A stretch of 64,000 bases of DNA from assembly GCA_020184695.1 (NCBI GenBank), contig JAANOX010000279.1, positions 124,001-188,000 on the forward strand, read 5' to 3'. Shown one piece after another: positions 11,187 through 23,148 of this stretch; within the stretch, counting starts at the first letter, position 1, and every line of letters starts with the position of its first letter. A program made the translations under genes and the position numbers. Below the pieces are notes generated by a model that was given only the letters and a program-made list of their open reading frames with translations, was not told the DNA's origin and made no database searches. Origin of the DNA: Histomonas meleagridis 2922-C6/04-290x. Taxonomy: Eukaryota; Protista; Parabasalia.

Positions 11187-11655
11187 TTGTAGATTTTAGA
11201 TCAACTTTTTTGCTTTTAATTCAATTTCAGTGGTTGTTATCGGTATAGTTTGAAAAAGTTTCGTTTAAGATAGAACTTTTTGAAAATGTTAACCATTCAA
11301 CGGCTAATGATCGTCTTTTCTGTCAAAATGCATTAACGGTCGGAAATCGATCTTTTGACATCTCGTACTTTTTGTGTTACTTATGATCGTATTATAAATG
11401 TAAAGCATACAATACACTTTTTGAATGATATATGCGACATGTGATTACATTTTACAAAAAAATCCTACATTCCAATGTATTGTAAAAAATATTCCGCCTA
11501 TATCTAACATGCCTATATAATTAGAGTTCACCAAGTCAAAAGACAATACCAAATATAACCTTGTAACCTTGGCTCAAAATTCAAAAAAATATCAAATTTT
11601 TCATTATAGTTAAAACAATGGTGCACTGAATTTTTATTATCAGAACCAAATAACA

Positions 11656-14600
11656 TTAAAAATGATTCTTAATTAAATTATTTAAAAAATTGACGATTTC
11701 AATGTAACCATTTTCTGATGCAATTAACAAAGCGTTATAAAGAAATTGATATAAATATAAAATTATACAAATAAATTATTTTTTTGTTGGTATAGATTCC
11801 TTCTTGTTTTAATAATAATTTAACCATTTCCATATGATCATTTCCAACTGCTAAATAAAGTAGTTCATAAAATTATTTAAATAAATTGCTTTTTCTTTAA
11901 AAATCACATCTTTTTGTTCTAAAAGTAATTTTACTATTTCTATATTATTATATTCAACTGCTATATGAAGTGCTGCTTTAAATTAATAAAACATATTATA
12001 AATTATTCAAACGAATATTTTTTGCATTAACATCAATTCCTTTATCTAAAAGTAATTTTACTATTTCTATGTTATTATTTCTAACTGCTATATGAAGTGC
12101 TGTTTCAAATTATTAAAATATATTCCAAATTATTCAAATGAATATTTTTTTCATTAACATCAATTCCTTTCTCTAAAAGTAATTTTATTATTTCTATATT
12201 ATTATTTCTAACTGCTATATGAAGTGCTGTTTCAAATTATTAAAACATATTCCAAATTATTAAAACATATATTAAATTATTCAAATTAATACTTATTGCA
12301 TTAACATCAAATCCTTTCTCTAAAAGTAATTTTACTATTTCTATATTATTATTTCTAGCTGCTATATGAAGTGATGTTTCAAATTATTAAAACATATTCC
12401 AAATTATTCAAATAAATAGTTTTTACATTAACATCAATTCCTTTATCTAAAAGTAATTTTACTATTTCTACATTATTATTTTTAACTGCAATATGAAGTG
12501 CTGTTTCAAATTATTAAAACATATTCCAAATTATTAAAACATATATTAAATTATTCAAATGAATACTTATTGCATTAACATCAAATCCTTTCTCTAAAAG
12601 TAATTTTACTATTTCTATATTATTATTTTTAACTGCTATATGAAGTGGTGTTTCAAATTATTAAAACGAATATTTTTTGCATTAACATCAATTCCTTTTT
12701 GCTCTAAAAGTAATTTTATTATTTCGATATTATTATTTCTAACTGCAATATGAAGTGCTGTTTCAAATCATCAAAGCACATTCCAAATTATTAAAACATA
12801 TTCTAAATTATTCAAACAAATATATTTCGCGTTAACATCAATTCCTTTTTGTTCTAAAAGCAATTTTACTATTTCGATATTATTATTTTTAATTGCTATA
12901 TGAAGTGCTGTTTCAAATTATTAAAGCAAATATATTTCGCGTTAACATCAATTCCTTTTTGTTCTAAAAGCAATTTTACTATTTCGATATTATTATTTTT
13001 AATTGCTATATGAAGTGCTGTTTCAAATTATTAAAACATATTTCAAATTATGAAAACATATTCCAAATTATTAAAACATATAAAAAATTATTCAAATGAA
13101 TATTTTTTGCATTAACATCAATTCCTTTTTGCTCTAAAAGTAATTTAACTATTTCGATATTATTATTTTTGACTGCAATAAGAAGTGCTGTTTCAAATTA
13201 TTAAAACATATTTCAAATTATGAAAACATATTATAAATAATTCAAACAAATATTTTTTGCATTAACATCAATTTCTTTTTGCTCTAAAAGTAATTTAACT
13301 ATTTTGATATTATTATTTTTGACTGCAATAAGAAGTGCTGTTTCAAATTATTAAAACATATTTCAAATAATGAAAACATATTTCAAATTATTAAAATGAA
13401 TATATTTTGCATTAACATCAATTCCTTTTTGCTCTAAAAGTAATTTTACTATTTCTATGTTATTATTTCTAACTTCTGTATGAAGTGCTGTTTCAAATTA
13501 TTAAAACATATTCCAAATTATTAAAATATATTCTAAATTATTAAAACATGTTCCAAATTATTCAAATGAATAGTTTTTTCATTAACATCAATTCCTTTCT
13601 CTAAAAGTAATTTTATTATTTCTATGTTATTATTTCTAACTGCTATATGAAGTGCTGTTTCAAATTATTAAAACATATACCAAATTATTAAAATATATTC
13701 TAAATTAGTAATATGAATATTATTTGCATTAACATCAATTCCTTTATCTAAAAGTAATTTTGTTATTTCGATGTTATTATTTTTAACTGCAATATGAAGT
13801 GGTGTTTCACATAATTAAAACATATTTCAAATTATTCAAATGAATTCTTTTTACGTTGACATCAATTCCTTTTTCTAAAAGTAATTTTACTATTTCTATA
13901 TTATTAATTCTAACTGCAATATGAAGTGCTGTTTCAAATTATTAAAACATGTTCTAAATTATTAAAATATATTCCAAATAATTAAAACATATTATAAATT
14001 ATTAAAACATATTATAAATTATTAAAACATATTCCAAATTATTAAAATGAATTTTCTTTGCATTAAAATCAATTCCTTTATCTAAAAGTAATTTTACTAT
14101 TTCTATATTTCCTGATTCAACTAAATTTGGTAAAATTGCATTTGGAATTTGTATTTTTTCAACATTTTTCATCAAAAAAGTATTATCATTTAATGCAGCA
14201 TCTACAATAATCTTTTCAATTTCCAGACCTTCCTTTTCTAAAAATGATAAAGTTTTATAGTTATTAAGTTCCAAACATTTTTTCCCTAGAGAAATAAGTG
14301 ATTTTTGTTGAATAATTTTTTTATCAGTCTTTAATTTATTTTCACAAAGATATTTAAAAATATCATTTTGATGAAATTCGATTGCTGCTTCATATGCATC
14401 TTTAAATGATGAATGATTTTGTTCACATAAATCAATGATTTCTTCATTCCCACCTGCGACTGCATATTTGCCTGTGTTATATACATTTGCACCATTCATA
14501 AGTAAATATTTAAAACATTTAACAGATCCAAAAAATGCTGCATAATCAATTAGTGAAACATCTGGATGATTAACAAATGAACATCTTTCATAAAGTGATG

Positions 14601-15204
14601 GTTCGATTGTTTGATTAAAATTGAAATTTGGTTCTGATGATATTTCTTGAAGTTTTTCGATTTCATCATTTCGAATCAATTTTGCAATTTCATTCGGATT
14701 TATTCCTTCTTTAACATATTTCTTATGAAGTTCCCAATCATCCTTTGATAGTTCTTTAATATTTGATATGAATTTATCATAGAATTTTGGTCTAGACGAT
14801 TTTTGAGTTTGAATTTCTTTTTTTGTTTTATATTGAGAAAAATATAAAGTATTCAGTTTTTTAACAAGGTATTGCGGGACCATTTCTTGTTCAATCATTT
14901 CTTCAAGGAGACAATATGATTCTTGCGACTCTAATCTAATTACATAATGACAAAAGATATTAAATAGGTTATATTCATTTTTTTCTTTTTCTTCTTTTGA
15001 TTGTAATTCAATTAAATATTTAAAAATTGTCTTTTTGTCAATTGTTTGAACAACAAAAGCTGTATATAATAACTTCGATACAAAAAGATTAAATGTATAT
15101 GGTAAGTTATCATCAAATAAATTTAGTGTTGATTGAACAGCTGTTTCAATATTTTCTATTTTAAGCTTGAAAATTATGGATTCTAAAGCTTCTAAGAGTT
15201 CCAT
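11656..15204 (-). CDS. DUF3447-ankyrin gene B (about 927 aa after removing 45 17-nt elements in 17 blocks)
   Basis: ATG at 15204 with an Inr; DUF3447-like region (SLIDYAAFFGSVKCFKYLL); ankyrin cores such as TALHIAVRNNNIEIVKLLLDKGIDVNAKN. 3549-45x17=2784 nt=928 codons. Ends in capped repeat NALLIASENGYIEIVNFLNNLIKNHF*. Confidence 0.85.
11737..14052 (-). repeat. Array of ankyrin cores separated by variable numbers of 20-nt (17+3) modules
   Basis: Core spacings of 110, 127, 147, 150, 167 and 170 nt equal an 87- or 90-nt core plus 20n. Module consensus is ATATGTTTTAATAATTT+NNN. Confidence 0.95.
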
Positions 15205-15210
15205 TTTAAT

Positions 15211-15216
15211 AAATGA
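15211..15216 (-). promoter_or_regulatory. Inr (TCATTT) of gene B
   Basis: TCATTT ends 6 nt upstream of ATG 15204. Confidence 0.6.
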
Positions 15217-16164
15217 CAAATAAACGTACGAGATTTTGGCGAAACTTAAACGGCCTCCTTTTTAAATCAAAAAGCGATTCATTTCTATAGTTTACGTTTG
15301 ATATTGAGTCGAAATTAAATTGAGAAACCATCACAAAAGGTACCAAATGATAATTTTTCATTCATTTCTTGATAAGATTCATATTTTTGGTTTTCAATTG
15401 AGTTAAAACATGTATGTGATTTGGACAATCTTTTTGTTGGGTTTAAAGGACTTTATTTTTAAGAACCCTCCATATAGAGGTTATCTAGCATTTCAGTCCT
15501 ATAAATAAGCATAAAGAAATTATATTTACTATTTTCATCTTGCTCAAATGATTGGATAATGTACTATGAAATATTTCTTCACCCGAAATAATGAGGGATC
15601 ATTTTGGCACTATAATAGTGATTGCTGAATAACAATAATGAAGCTACCTATGCATTTTTTACAAAAAGATTAAAAAAAAATATTTTGCCTTCAAATTTTC
15701 TCTGAGCATTTTTGATATATGAATAAAACACGTCATCGAAACAATGAAATATAAAGGCCAATATGTAGAAAAGGCTATTGATGAAATATATAATTACAAA
15801 AAGAACTTCCCATGTGCGTATAATCATTTCGTACAAAAAATCACTAAAATTTGGTTAACTTCAAAAGTAAAGAAAGAGTTTCTAGAGTATTCAACAAATG
15901 ATATTCCTTTAACAGCATTAATACTTGATATGATATTAATGAAAAGGACTTATTTGAGAATACAATTTCATTAACGAAACAGAAAGTAAATGACTTCATA
16001 AAAGCAAGAAATAAATATGGTAAAGTGCGTTATTTAAAATAATCTCATTTCGTAGAAAAAGATATCACAATAATAATAAAAAGTTCATTTAATTCCGAAT
16101 CAGATGAAAATCTGATCGGATATTTTGGATAAAATAAGTAATACAATGTTTATCTAGTAGAATA

Positions 16165-16211
16165 ACACACACACACAAAACAAAACAAAACAAACAAACA
16201 AACAAACAAAA
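16165..16211. repeat. (CA)n/(CAAAA)n/(CAAA)n microsatellite
   Basis: acacacacacacaaaacaaaacaaaacaaacaaacaaacaaacaaaa. Confidence 0.85.
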
Positions 16212-16702
16212 ATCGACGAGTTACCAAGAACATGTAAAAAGGATCATGAAAGGCTGAACAATTTGAAAGTAATTACTTATGATAAAAATGGACACTTGGA
16301 AGATAAATTGAAAAGGTACGATGTTGTTAAAACCTTTGAAAGAAGAAAAGAATTTGGATTTTAGAATGATAAAATATTTTATTATCATTTGTTTTCTCTT
16401 ATAATAAAGTTTATTTCCTACAAATTTTATAACATGATTTTGTGTTTATTTCAGATTCATGAGCATTTTAGAAATTATAGTGAATTTATTTATGTAAAAA
16501 TTCTCACAAATTATGTTTTGATTAATTTTTTTATAATATGGATGTTCCATTTCATTTGTTTACCATCTTTTTTATACTGATGTTTTTCCTGTTGTTTTTG
16601 TGAACTGTTCGCTGAAAGAATTCTTTCAAAAAATCCAATTTTTATGAACATTACATTGTATAAATTATTCAAATTACGTTTTGTAATTATTTCAGTGAGA
16701 AA

Positions 16703-18271
16703 ATGACAAATCAAAACTTCCAATTCCGAGCAAATGTTCATTTTGAAGATTGTCAGATAGTACCAGGTATTATCTTACTAAACACTTCAAATGGAAGCGT
16801 TTACTTAAATTTCTACACGAGAAATCTTGAAGATAAAAATGATAAAATTAAAAGAGGAAGCTCACCTGACCAAGTGAGAGATTTATCTGAATATTTTTGT
16901 TATAAAGTGGTAATGACTAATTCTGAAATTTGGGTCATATTCAGTGATTTTAGTGCGGAATCACAAAAACTTCTAAATAAAGATGAAGTAGATTTAGCCG
17001 CATTAAAGAAACGTAAAGCATTCATGATACAATTTTTATCAATTGAAAATAATATTAATTTTTATCAATTCCCTGAAATCATATTGAGCTCGTTACAAAA
17101 CTTATCTGATTTCATAACGTATCTTAAGCAAAAATTTCAAATTGTTTCATGCCATATTCCATATTGTTATTTATTAAATCCATTAGATGATACACCATCA
17201 AAAGTATATTCCACGTTTCTTCAAAAGGATTCTACAGAGGAATACGATCTTAGTGTTTTATATGAAGTATTTCAAAGTTCAATACAAGGAATTGATATTT
17301 CTGAAATACAAAGTTTATCAGTGAGCAATAGTTTCACAATGCTGACAGAAAAGTTCAAAAATCCCAAATATGACATTAAAGATGACATTTATTTCAAGAT
17401 TAAAGATAATTGGAAGAAGATGTATGAATTTGGCCCCATTTTGGAGAACCAAACAAAATTCCAAGAAATCGTTGCAAAAGTTGATAAAAACATATCAAAA
17501 ATTACCGAGTTAAAAGGGCCAAATTCGGAAAAACTTTGCGAGATAATGCGAAATGTCATTATCACATATGTAATTTATAATTTTGATGGATCGGACTTCT
17601 TATGTGATAATGTTCGATTTTTATATGTAATTTTAGATGCGTATGTTACAGAGTTTAGTAAAGATTTCAAAGGACAAAGTAAAAAGAAAATAAAATCTGA
17701 AGAAGAAGAAGAAGAAGAAGAAAATGATAAAATTGACAAACAGGAATTATGCGAAATGAAAATATTCCAAACACTTCATTACATTTATTGTTATGGATCT
17801 TTTCATGAGTTTAATAGTCCGCAAATGCAAAGATCCTTTTCATCAACGAATTTATACATCTCATACTATTTACGAAAACTTTTTCCAGGAACTAATTTAT
17901 ATCTGATTAAAAAAGGAATAATTTCGCTTGACTTCATGATAGAGTATGCGTCGAAATGGTTTATTGTTATATCTGAAATAAAATGTCTTCAAAAAATTTG
18001 GTGCGAAATTCCACAATATGATGATATGTTCCATTTCTTTAAATGTTTCTTGTTGGCTTTGTTATTACTATTCGATGATGAGTTAAAAATGATTTATAAG
18101 CCAAACAAAGAAATTATGTTTATGAGATTTGAGAAATTTTTGATGGAGTTAAGCGAAGATAAAGTGAACAATTTATTGATATTAACAAGATGTCTGAAAG
18201 GACAAATAAATATAAATAATAAATTTCCTGTAAAATATTTTTTTGGTTTTGCTTTTCTGTTGAATTTATAA
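16703..18271 (+). CDS. Hypothetical protein, Rab-GAP TBC-like helical C-terminus
   Basis: 522-aa open ORF. 'MRNVIITYVIYN', 'ASKWF' and 'KIWCE' resemble degenerate TBC motifs. Confidence 0.5.
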   Translation: MTNQNFQFRANVHFEDCQIVPGIILLNTSNGSVYLNFYTRNLEDKNDKIKRGSSPDQVRDLSEYFCYKVVMTNSEIWVIFSDFSAESQKLLNKDEVDLAALKKRKAFMIQFLSIENNINFYQFPEIILSSLQNLSDFITYLKQKFQIVSCHIPYCYLLNPLDDTPSKVYSTFLQKDSTEEYDLSVLYEVFQSSIQGIDISEIQSLSVSNSFTMLTEKFKNPKYDIKDDIYFKIKDNWKKMYEFGPILENQTKFQEIVAKVDKNISKITELKGPNSEKLCEIMRNVIITYVIYNFDGSDFLCDNVRFLYVILDAYVTEFSKDFKGQSKKKIKSEEEEEEEENDKIDKQELCEMKIFQTLHYIYCYGSFHEFNSPQMQRSFSSTNLYISYYLRKLFPGTNLYLIKKGIISLDFMIEYASKWFIVISEIKCLQKIWCEIPQYDDMFHFFKCFLLALLLLFDDELKMIYKPNKEIMFMRFEKFLMELSEDKVNNLLILTRCLKGQININNKFPVKYFFGFAFLLNL

Positions 18272-18740
18272 ATTGTAAATGTGCGTTTTATTAACAAGGG
18301 AAAATGCTGTAAAAACAAAAAACTTTTATTGGAGCACATTTCGCCGAAAATGAAAATCATTGTGGTATATCGTTGTTGATGAACATCATTTGGGACAATT
18401 ACCTTAGAGAAATGTAAATTGATAACTACAAATTTTTTGATATGTTATAATGACCTTCAGATTTGCAAATTCATTGATAAAAAAAATAATTTTAAAAAAT
18501 TTTGAATTAGTTTTAAAAATAAATAAGGTTTATTAATACCCAAAACATTGTTATAATTACAAAACATTTAAAGTTTTTTTGCCAATAAACAAGCATACGT
18601 TTGATTTAAATACTTTATATAAATTTGAATTAAAAATGTGAGTTATTGACCGTTTAGATTGTGTCACCACAGATTTGTGACTAAAGTCAAAATAATTTGT
18701 GAATAAGATGAACTGACAGTTTTGAAAAGTGACAAAAGAA

Positions 18741-19403
18741 ATGGCAGATCCAGCTGCTCGATACTATGCAATTCAACAAAAAGAAGAAGAATTGAAAAGA
18801 AGAGAAAAAGCACTCAAGAAGGTAAATGTTGAAATTGAGGAAGATACCAAGCCTCCAAATTTCCCACCATTTTGCTCTGTTGTTTATCATAACATTGCTG
18901 AAGAAATACCAATTGCAAGCCAATGGACAGTTCGTATTGCATTTATTATGATAATTGCACTTACCGTAACAGTAATTGTTAATCTGATTGCTTGTTGTAC
19001 AACTGGCACAATCAATGTTGGAGGTGCTGGTGCAAAATATAGTGCTGGTACTAATATTGTTTTTGGTGTAATTATTGGAGTTCTTTCTGTTCCATTAGCA
19101 TTCAAAATTAATTATTTCAAATTGTACACACAATGCAAGCTCAACGATGTCAAGCTTGGTTGGTTTGCTCTTCAGGCTATCTTCATTATATGTTATGGAT
19201 ATGCTGCTGTTGGAATGAAAAATTGTGGTGTTATTGGAATCATAACAATGCTTGATGGGATAGCCTCAGGAAGTGGTTTTTGCAAAGTCATGTCTATCAT
19301 TTCTGCAGTTCTTTGGGTATGCGGTACTGTTGTTGAAGTATTTTTATTTGGCCGTGTTATGGTTTTGTACAAATCATCTGGTTCTGCTCCAAGCGTTGCT
19401 TAA
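18741..19403 (+). CDS. SCAMP-family secretory carrier membrane protein
   Basis: EEELKRREKAL...PPNFPPF..VVYHNIAEEIP followed by four TM segments. Confidence 0.85.
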   Translation: MADPAARYYAIQQKEEELKRREKALKKVNVEIEEDTKPPNFPPFCSVVYHNIAEEIPIASQWTVRIAFIMIIALTVTVIVNLIACCTTGTINVGGAGAKYSAGTNIVFGVIIGVLSVPLAFKINYFKLYTQCKLNDVKLGWFALQAIFIICYGYAAVGMKNCGVIGIITMLDGIASGSGFCKVMSIISAVLWVCGTVVEVFLFGRVMVLYKSSGSAPSVA

Positions 19404-19609
19404 ATAACTATTTTTCTTTTAAAAATTTAAATTTTCTTAAGTGGTGAAATAATTATTTGAATCATCATTTCAATAAATCTTGTTAACTTATAAAATTATC
19501 TCTTCTTTGATCTATCGTGTTAGATATTTATTCAAATAAATGAGCAAAATGTGTTTATTAATTAATTTATTTTCTTTCTCATTTAGAAAAGTGGCAATTT
19601 CGATAAGTT

Positions 19610-21907
19610 ATGACGACTCCTGTAACTGATTTTATATCTTATATCAGAGAAGCATCTTCTATAGATGAAGAAAGGACAATCATTAAAAACGAAATGGCAA
19701 ATATGAGAACTCTTTCAAAGGAATCTGTATCTGATCTTCGCCCAAATATTGTTGCAAAACTTATTTTTCTCAATTGCAATGGCGAGAATGTATCTTGGGG
19801 ACAAATAGAAGCAGTTTCGCTCATGTCACATAATTGTCTTTCTCATAAACGAATTGGATATATCGCTTCAGCAGTTCTTCTCGATGAACAAAGTGAATTA
19901 ATGGTTTTAGTGACACAAACTATTCTTAGTGATTTACAATCCACAAATCCTCTTTTCCAAGCACAAGCATTATCTTTTATTGCAAATGTAGGAACACCAG
20001 AAATATGTCAAACAGTTGCCACTGAAGTGGAAAAACTTACTGGTTCTGAACATCCAGGTATCTCCAAACGAGCAGGAATGGCTTCTTTACGAATAATACG
20101 AAAAGTACCCGAACTTAGTTCCACATTTAAATCATCAGTTGTTCGACTTCTTTCTAGTACTCGTCATTCTGTTGTATCCTCTGCTATACTTCTCGCATGT
20201 GAAATGATCAAAATTGATCCTAACATCAAACAAACATGGAAACATTTTGCCAAGCCATTTACCAAGCTTCTCCGCGTTATGTCACAATCGAAGCCATCAG
20301 TTGAATATCGTTTTTCAATTTTTAATGATCCTTTTTTACAAATCAAGACCATGAAATTATTAGGTCTTCTTCAACAACCATCTGATGATCTTGATGATGT
20401 TCTTACCTCCATTGTTACATCTGTTGACATCAAACGTAACACTGGCCGCTCAATTCTCTTCCAAACGGTCGACACGATAAGTCTAACGGCCAAAAAACCG
20501 TCTCTGATCGGTCTTTCATTCAATCAGATCGGCCGTTTATTTTCAGTTCGAGAACCGAATGTTATATATTCAGCCTTATCATTATTTTCCCAATTATTAT
20601 ATACAGACAAAGCCTTTATTAATCGAACCTCAACCAACACAATTGCATTACAACGATATAAGTCACAAATCATTCAATGTTTAGATCATCGTGATTATAG
20701 TATCCGACGAAGGGCATTAGATGTAGTTTTAGCATTAGTTGATAAGTCTAATGTTGAAACATTAATACCAGAAGTCATTGAATATTTACATATTGCAGAT
20801 TCTGATTTCCGGACAGAAATGGTTTCGAAGATATATTCATCAGTAGTTCGATTTGGTCCTTCACCACTTTGGGACTTTGATATTATTCATTTGTTATTCA
20901 TTAGTAGTGGTAATTATATAACTAATGACATTATTACATCATTTTGTTTAATGATTGCAAAGAATCAACAAGTATTAAAACATGCGTTACCATTGTTATC
21001 AAATACTATGTATGGATATCCAGAGAATCAATCATTGGTATGTGTAGCTGCATATATCATTGGCGAGTTTGAAAACAATGATAATAGTTCAATACAAACG
21101 ATGATTAAAATACTTAAAATGCCACAAACGAAAACAGAAACAAAATGTTATTTAATTACTGCATTAACAAAACTTTGTACACGATTGAATTATAACATCG
21201 ATGAAATCGAAAACATTTTAAAGGAATTATCAATTAATACAAATATCGAAATACAACAACGCTCAGGAGAAATGTTAAACATATTACATAAAAGGGAATT
21301 ATGGGACGAAATGTTATCGCCGCCAGAATTCACGCAAAATGAAGACGAAGAACAACAAATACCAGAAATTATACAAAGTAATAACAACAAGCAAAAAGAA
21401 GAAGACTTATTATCATTATCAGATATAACAAATGTTAATAACCAGAAAAATAATAACAATTTAATCGATGATTTGTTGGATATAACTTCTTTAACACCTG
21501 AAGTAGTTAATACAAAACAAAAACTTGAAAATAATAATAATTTGGAACACATTAAAATTGCACCAAACGCTATAGAAGTGTTACGAACAACTGACATTGT
21601 GATATATTTCGAAGTTCAAAAGAATCAACAAAATATAAATCAAATTGCTATTCGTTCGACAATTTATAACTTAAGTGATATCGAGATAACACAATTTGTT
21701 ATCCAATACGGTGTTCCAATTGGTTGGCAAATTCAAACGCAACAACAAAACACAAACGTTTTAGGGCCAAAAGGTAAAAATATGATACAACAAGTGTTGA
21801 TGTTATACAATAAAGGAAATTCTCCTTTATTGATGAAAACAAAAATGAGTTATATGTTTGGTTGTCAACCTATAACAAGTGAGAACACATTAAATCAAAT
21901 ATTTTAA
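19610..21907 (+). CDS. AP1G: AP-1 complex gamma adaptin
   Basis: Adaptin N-terminus (DFISYIREA..EER..KRIGYIASAVLLDE; DYSIRRRALD; EIQQRSGE) and C-terminal ear domain (QYGVPIGWQ; PLLMKTKMSY). Confidence 0.9.
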   Translation: MTTPVTDFISYIREASSIDEERTIIKNEMANMRTLSKESVSDLRPNIVAKLIFLNCNGENVSWGQIEAVSLMSHNCLSHKRIGYIASAVLLDEQSELMVLVTQTILSDLQSTNPLFQAQALSFIANVGTPEICQTVATEVEKLTGSEHPGISKRAGMASLRIIRKVPELSSTFKSSVVRLLSSTRHSVVSSAILLACEMIKIDPNIKQTWKHFAKPFTKLLRVMSQSKPSVEYRFSIFNDPFLQIKTMKLLGLLQQPSDDLDDVLTSIVTSVDIKRNTGRSILFQTVDTISLTAKKPSLIGLSFNQIGRLFSVREPNVIYSALSLFSQLLYTDKAFINRTSTNTIALQRYKSQIIQCLDHRDYSIRRRALDVVLALVDKSNVETLIPEVIEYLHIADSDFRTEMVSKIYSSVVRFGPSPLWDFDIIHLLFISSGNYITNDIITSFCLMIAKNQQVLKHALPLLSNTMYGYPENQSLVCVAAYIIGEFENNDNSSIQTMIKILKMPQTKTETKCYLITALTKLCTRLNYNIDEIENILKELSINTNIEIQQRSGEMLNILHKRELWDEMLSPPEFTQNEDEEQQIPEIIQSNNNKQKEEDLLSLSDITNVNNQKNNNNLIDDLLDITSLTPEVVNTKQKLENNNNLEHIKIAPNAIEVLRTTDIVIYFEVQKNQQNINQIAIRSTIYNLSDIEITQFVIQYGVPIGWQIQTQQQNTNVLGPKGKNMIQQVLMLYNKGNSPLLMKTKMSYMFGCQPITSENTLNQIF

Positions 21908-22054
21908 TTGAAGTAAATATGAATTATATTTAAAATTTGATTAAATATGTTTTTGTATCAAAAGTGACCACTCAGCGTCCACTTTTTGACAATGATTTCA
22001 TCGTTTTGTTACTCGTTTTCAGAACTTAAACCGTTGGTTATAAAAACTTTTTGA

Positions 22055-22658
22055 ATGCAGAAACTGACAACTGCATCAATGTTCTTTTGTTTGGCACTGG
22101 AAATATTGGGAAAGCATCAGTACTGCAAGCATTTCATGATAGAACTTTTTCTGAAGCTTATACACCATCCATTGTGAAAACTTTCAATTATAAAATTAAA
22201 ATTGATGATGAGGAAATTTCATTTAATGCAACTACAGTAGCTGGACAAGAAGAATATATAAAATTATGGCCGATGTATATACATCCCGCAGATGGTTTTA
22301 TACTAATGTACTCAATCAAATTTCTTCATACTCTTCAAGAACTCGAAATGTATCATCAAATAATAAAAAATGTAAAAGGAAATGATTACATACCAATTGT
22401 AGTTTGTGGTAATAAATGGGATTTTCCACAAAGAGGGGTAAGTAAAGAACAAGGAGAAGAATATGCGAAGAGTATTGGAGCACCATTCTTTGAAACATCA
22501 GCAAAAGAATATATAAATATTGAAGAAATGTTTTCTACCATTGTCCGACTGATCATCGATAATAAAAAAAACATCAACCCCCTAACAACAAAGAAAAGGA
22601 TCATGGTCACAACAAAGAAAAGGTTCGTGGTCACAACAAAGACTGTTTCATTGCTTAA
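22055..22658 (+). CDS. Ras-family small GTPase with two apparent 1-nt deletions (pseudogene or assembly errors)
   Basis: GTGNIGK, AGQEEY, VCGNKWD and ETSAK motifs. The ATG at 22055 and a CAAX terminus (DCFIA*, TAA 22656-22658) each lie one base out of the main frame. Confidence 0.8.
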
Positions 22659-22700
22659 TTTAAATAAAATCAAAAATTATGAATTGTTCATAATTCGACA

Positions 22701-23020
22701 TTGAGTCAAGTCATTGAATATTTTGAATCGGAACCGCTCATTAAAAAAATGGTCGAAAAATGCATTGTTGATCTATATCAAAATGGTTGTACGCACCAAC
22801 AAATAACTCAAATTTTACATGTGGGTAGCCATAGAGTAGGAAGAGTAATAAATGAATACAATGAAAATGGTAAAATACCATTATCAGTTAAAATAAATAT
22901 ATAAAAAAGAGGTGCTAAACCAAAAATTACAGAAGACAAGATGATTATCAAATTAAGAAGAAGACAAGATGATTACCTCTATAAAGAACTAAAAAGTTAC
23001 ATGAAATATAAAAGTAAATA
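22701..23020 (+). mobile_element. Degenerate HTH fragment of a Tc1/mariner-like transposase
   Basis: IVDLYQNGCTHQQITQILHVGSHRVGRVINEY...*KRGAKPKIT pattern with stops; no catalytic domain seen. Confidence 0.45.
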
Positions 23021-23148
23021 AACAAAAACATAAAAGATATTTTAGAAACTATTTCGACATTAATCTCATCGTCAATTTTGACAAGTTTACAAAAATTCAT
23101 GTCAATTTTCAATCTCTTGTAATGTCGAATTAATCGAATCGGTTCAAT

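Noticed and set aside
15500-16100. Possible transposase fragments (ORFs 15648 and 15744)
   Set aside because: No recognisable motif, TIR or TSD.
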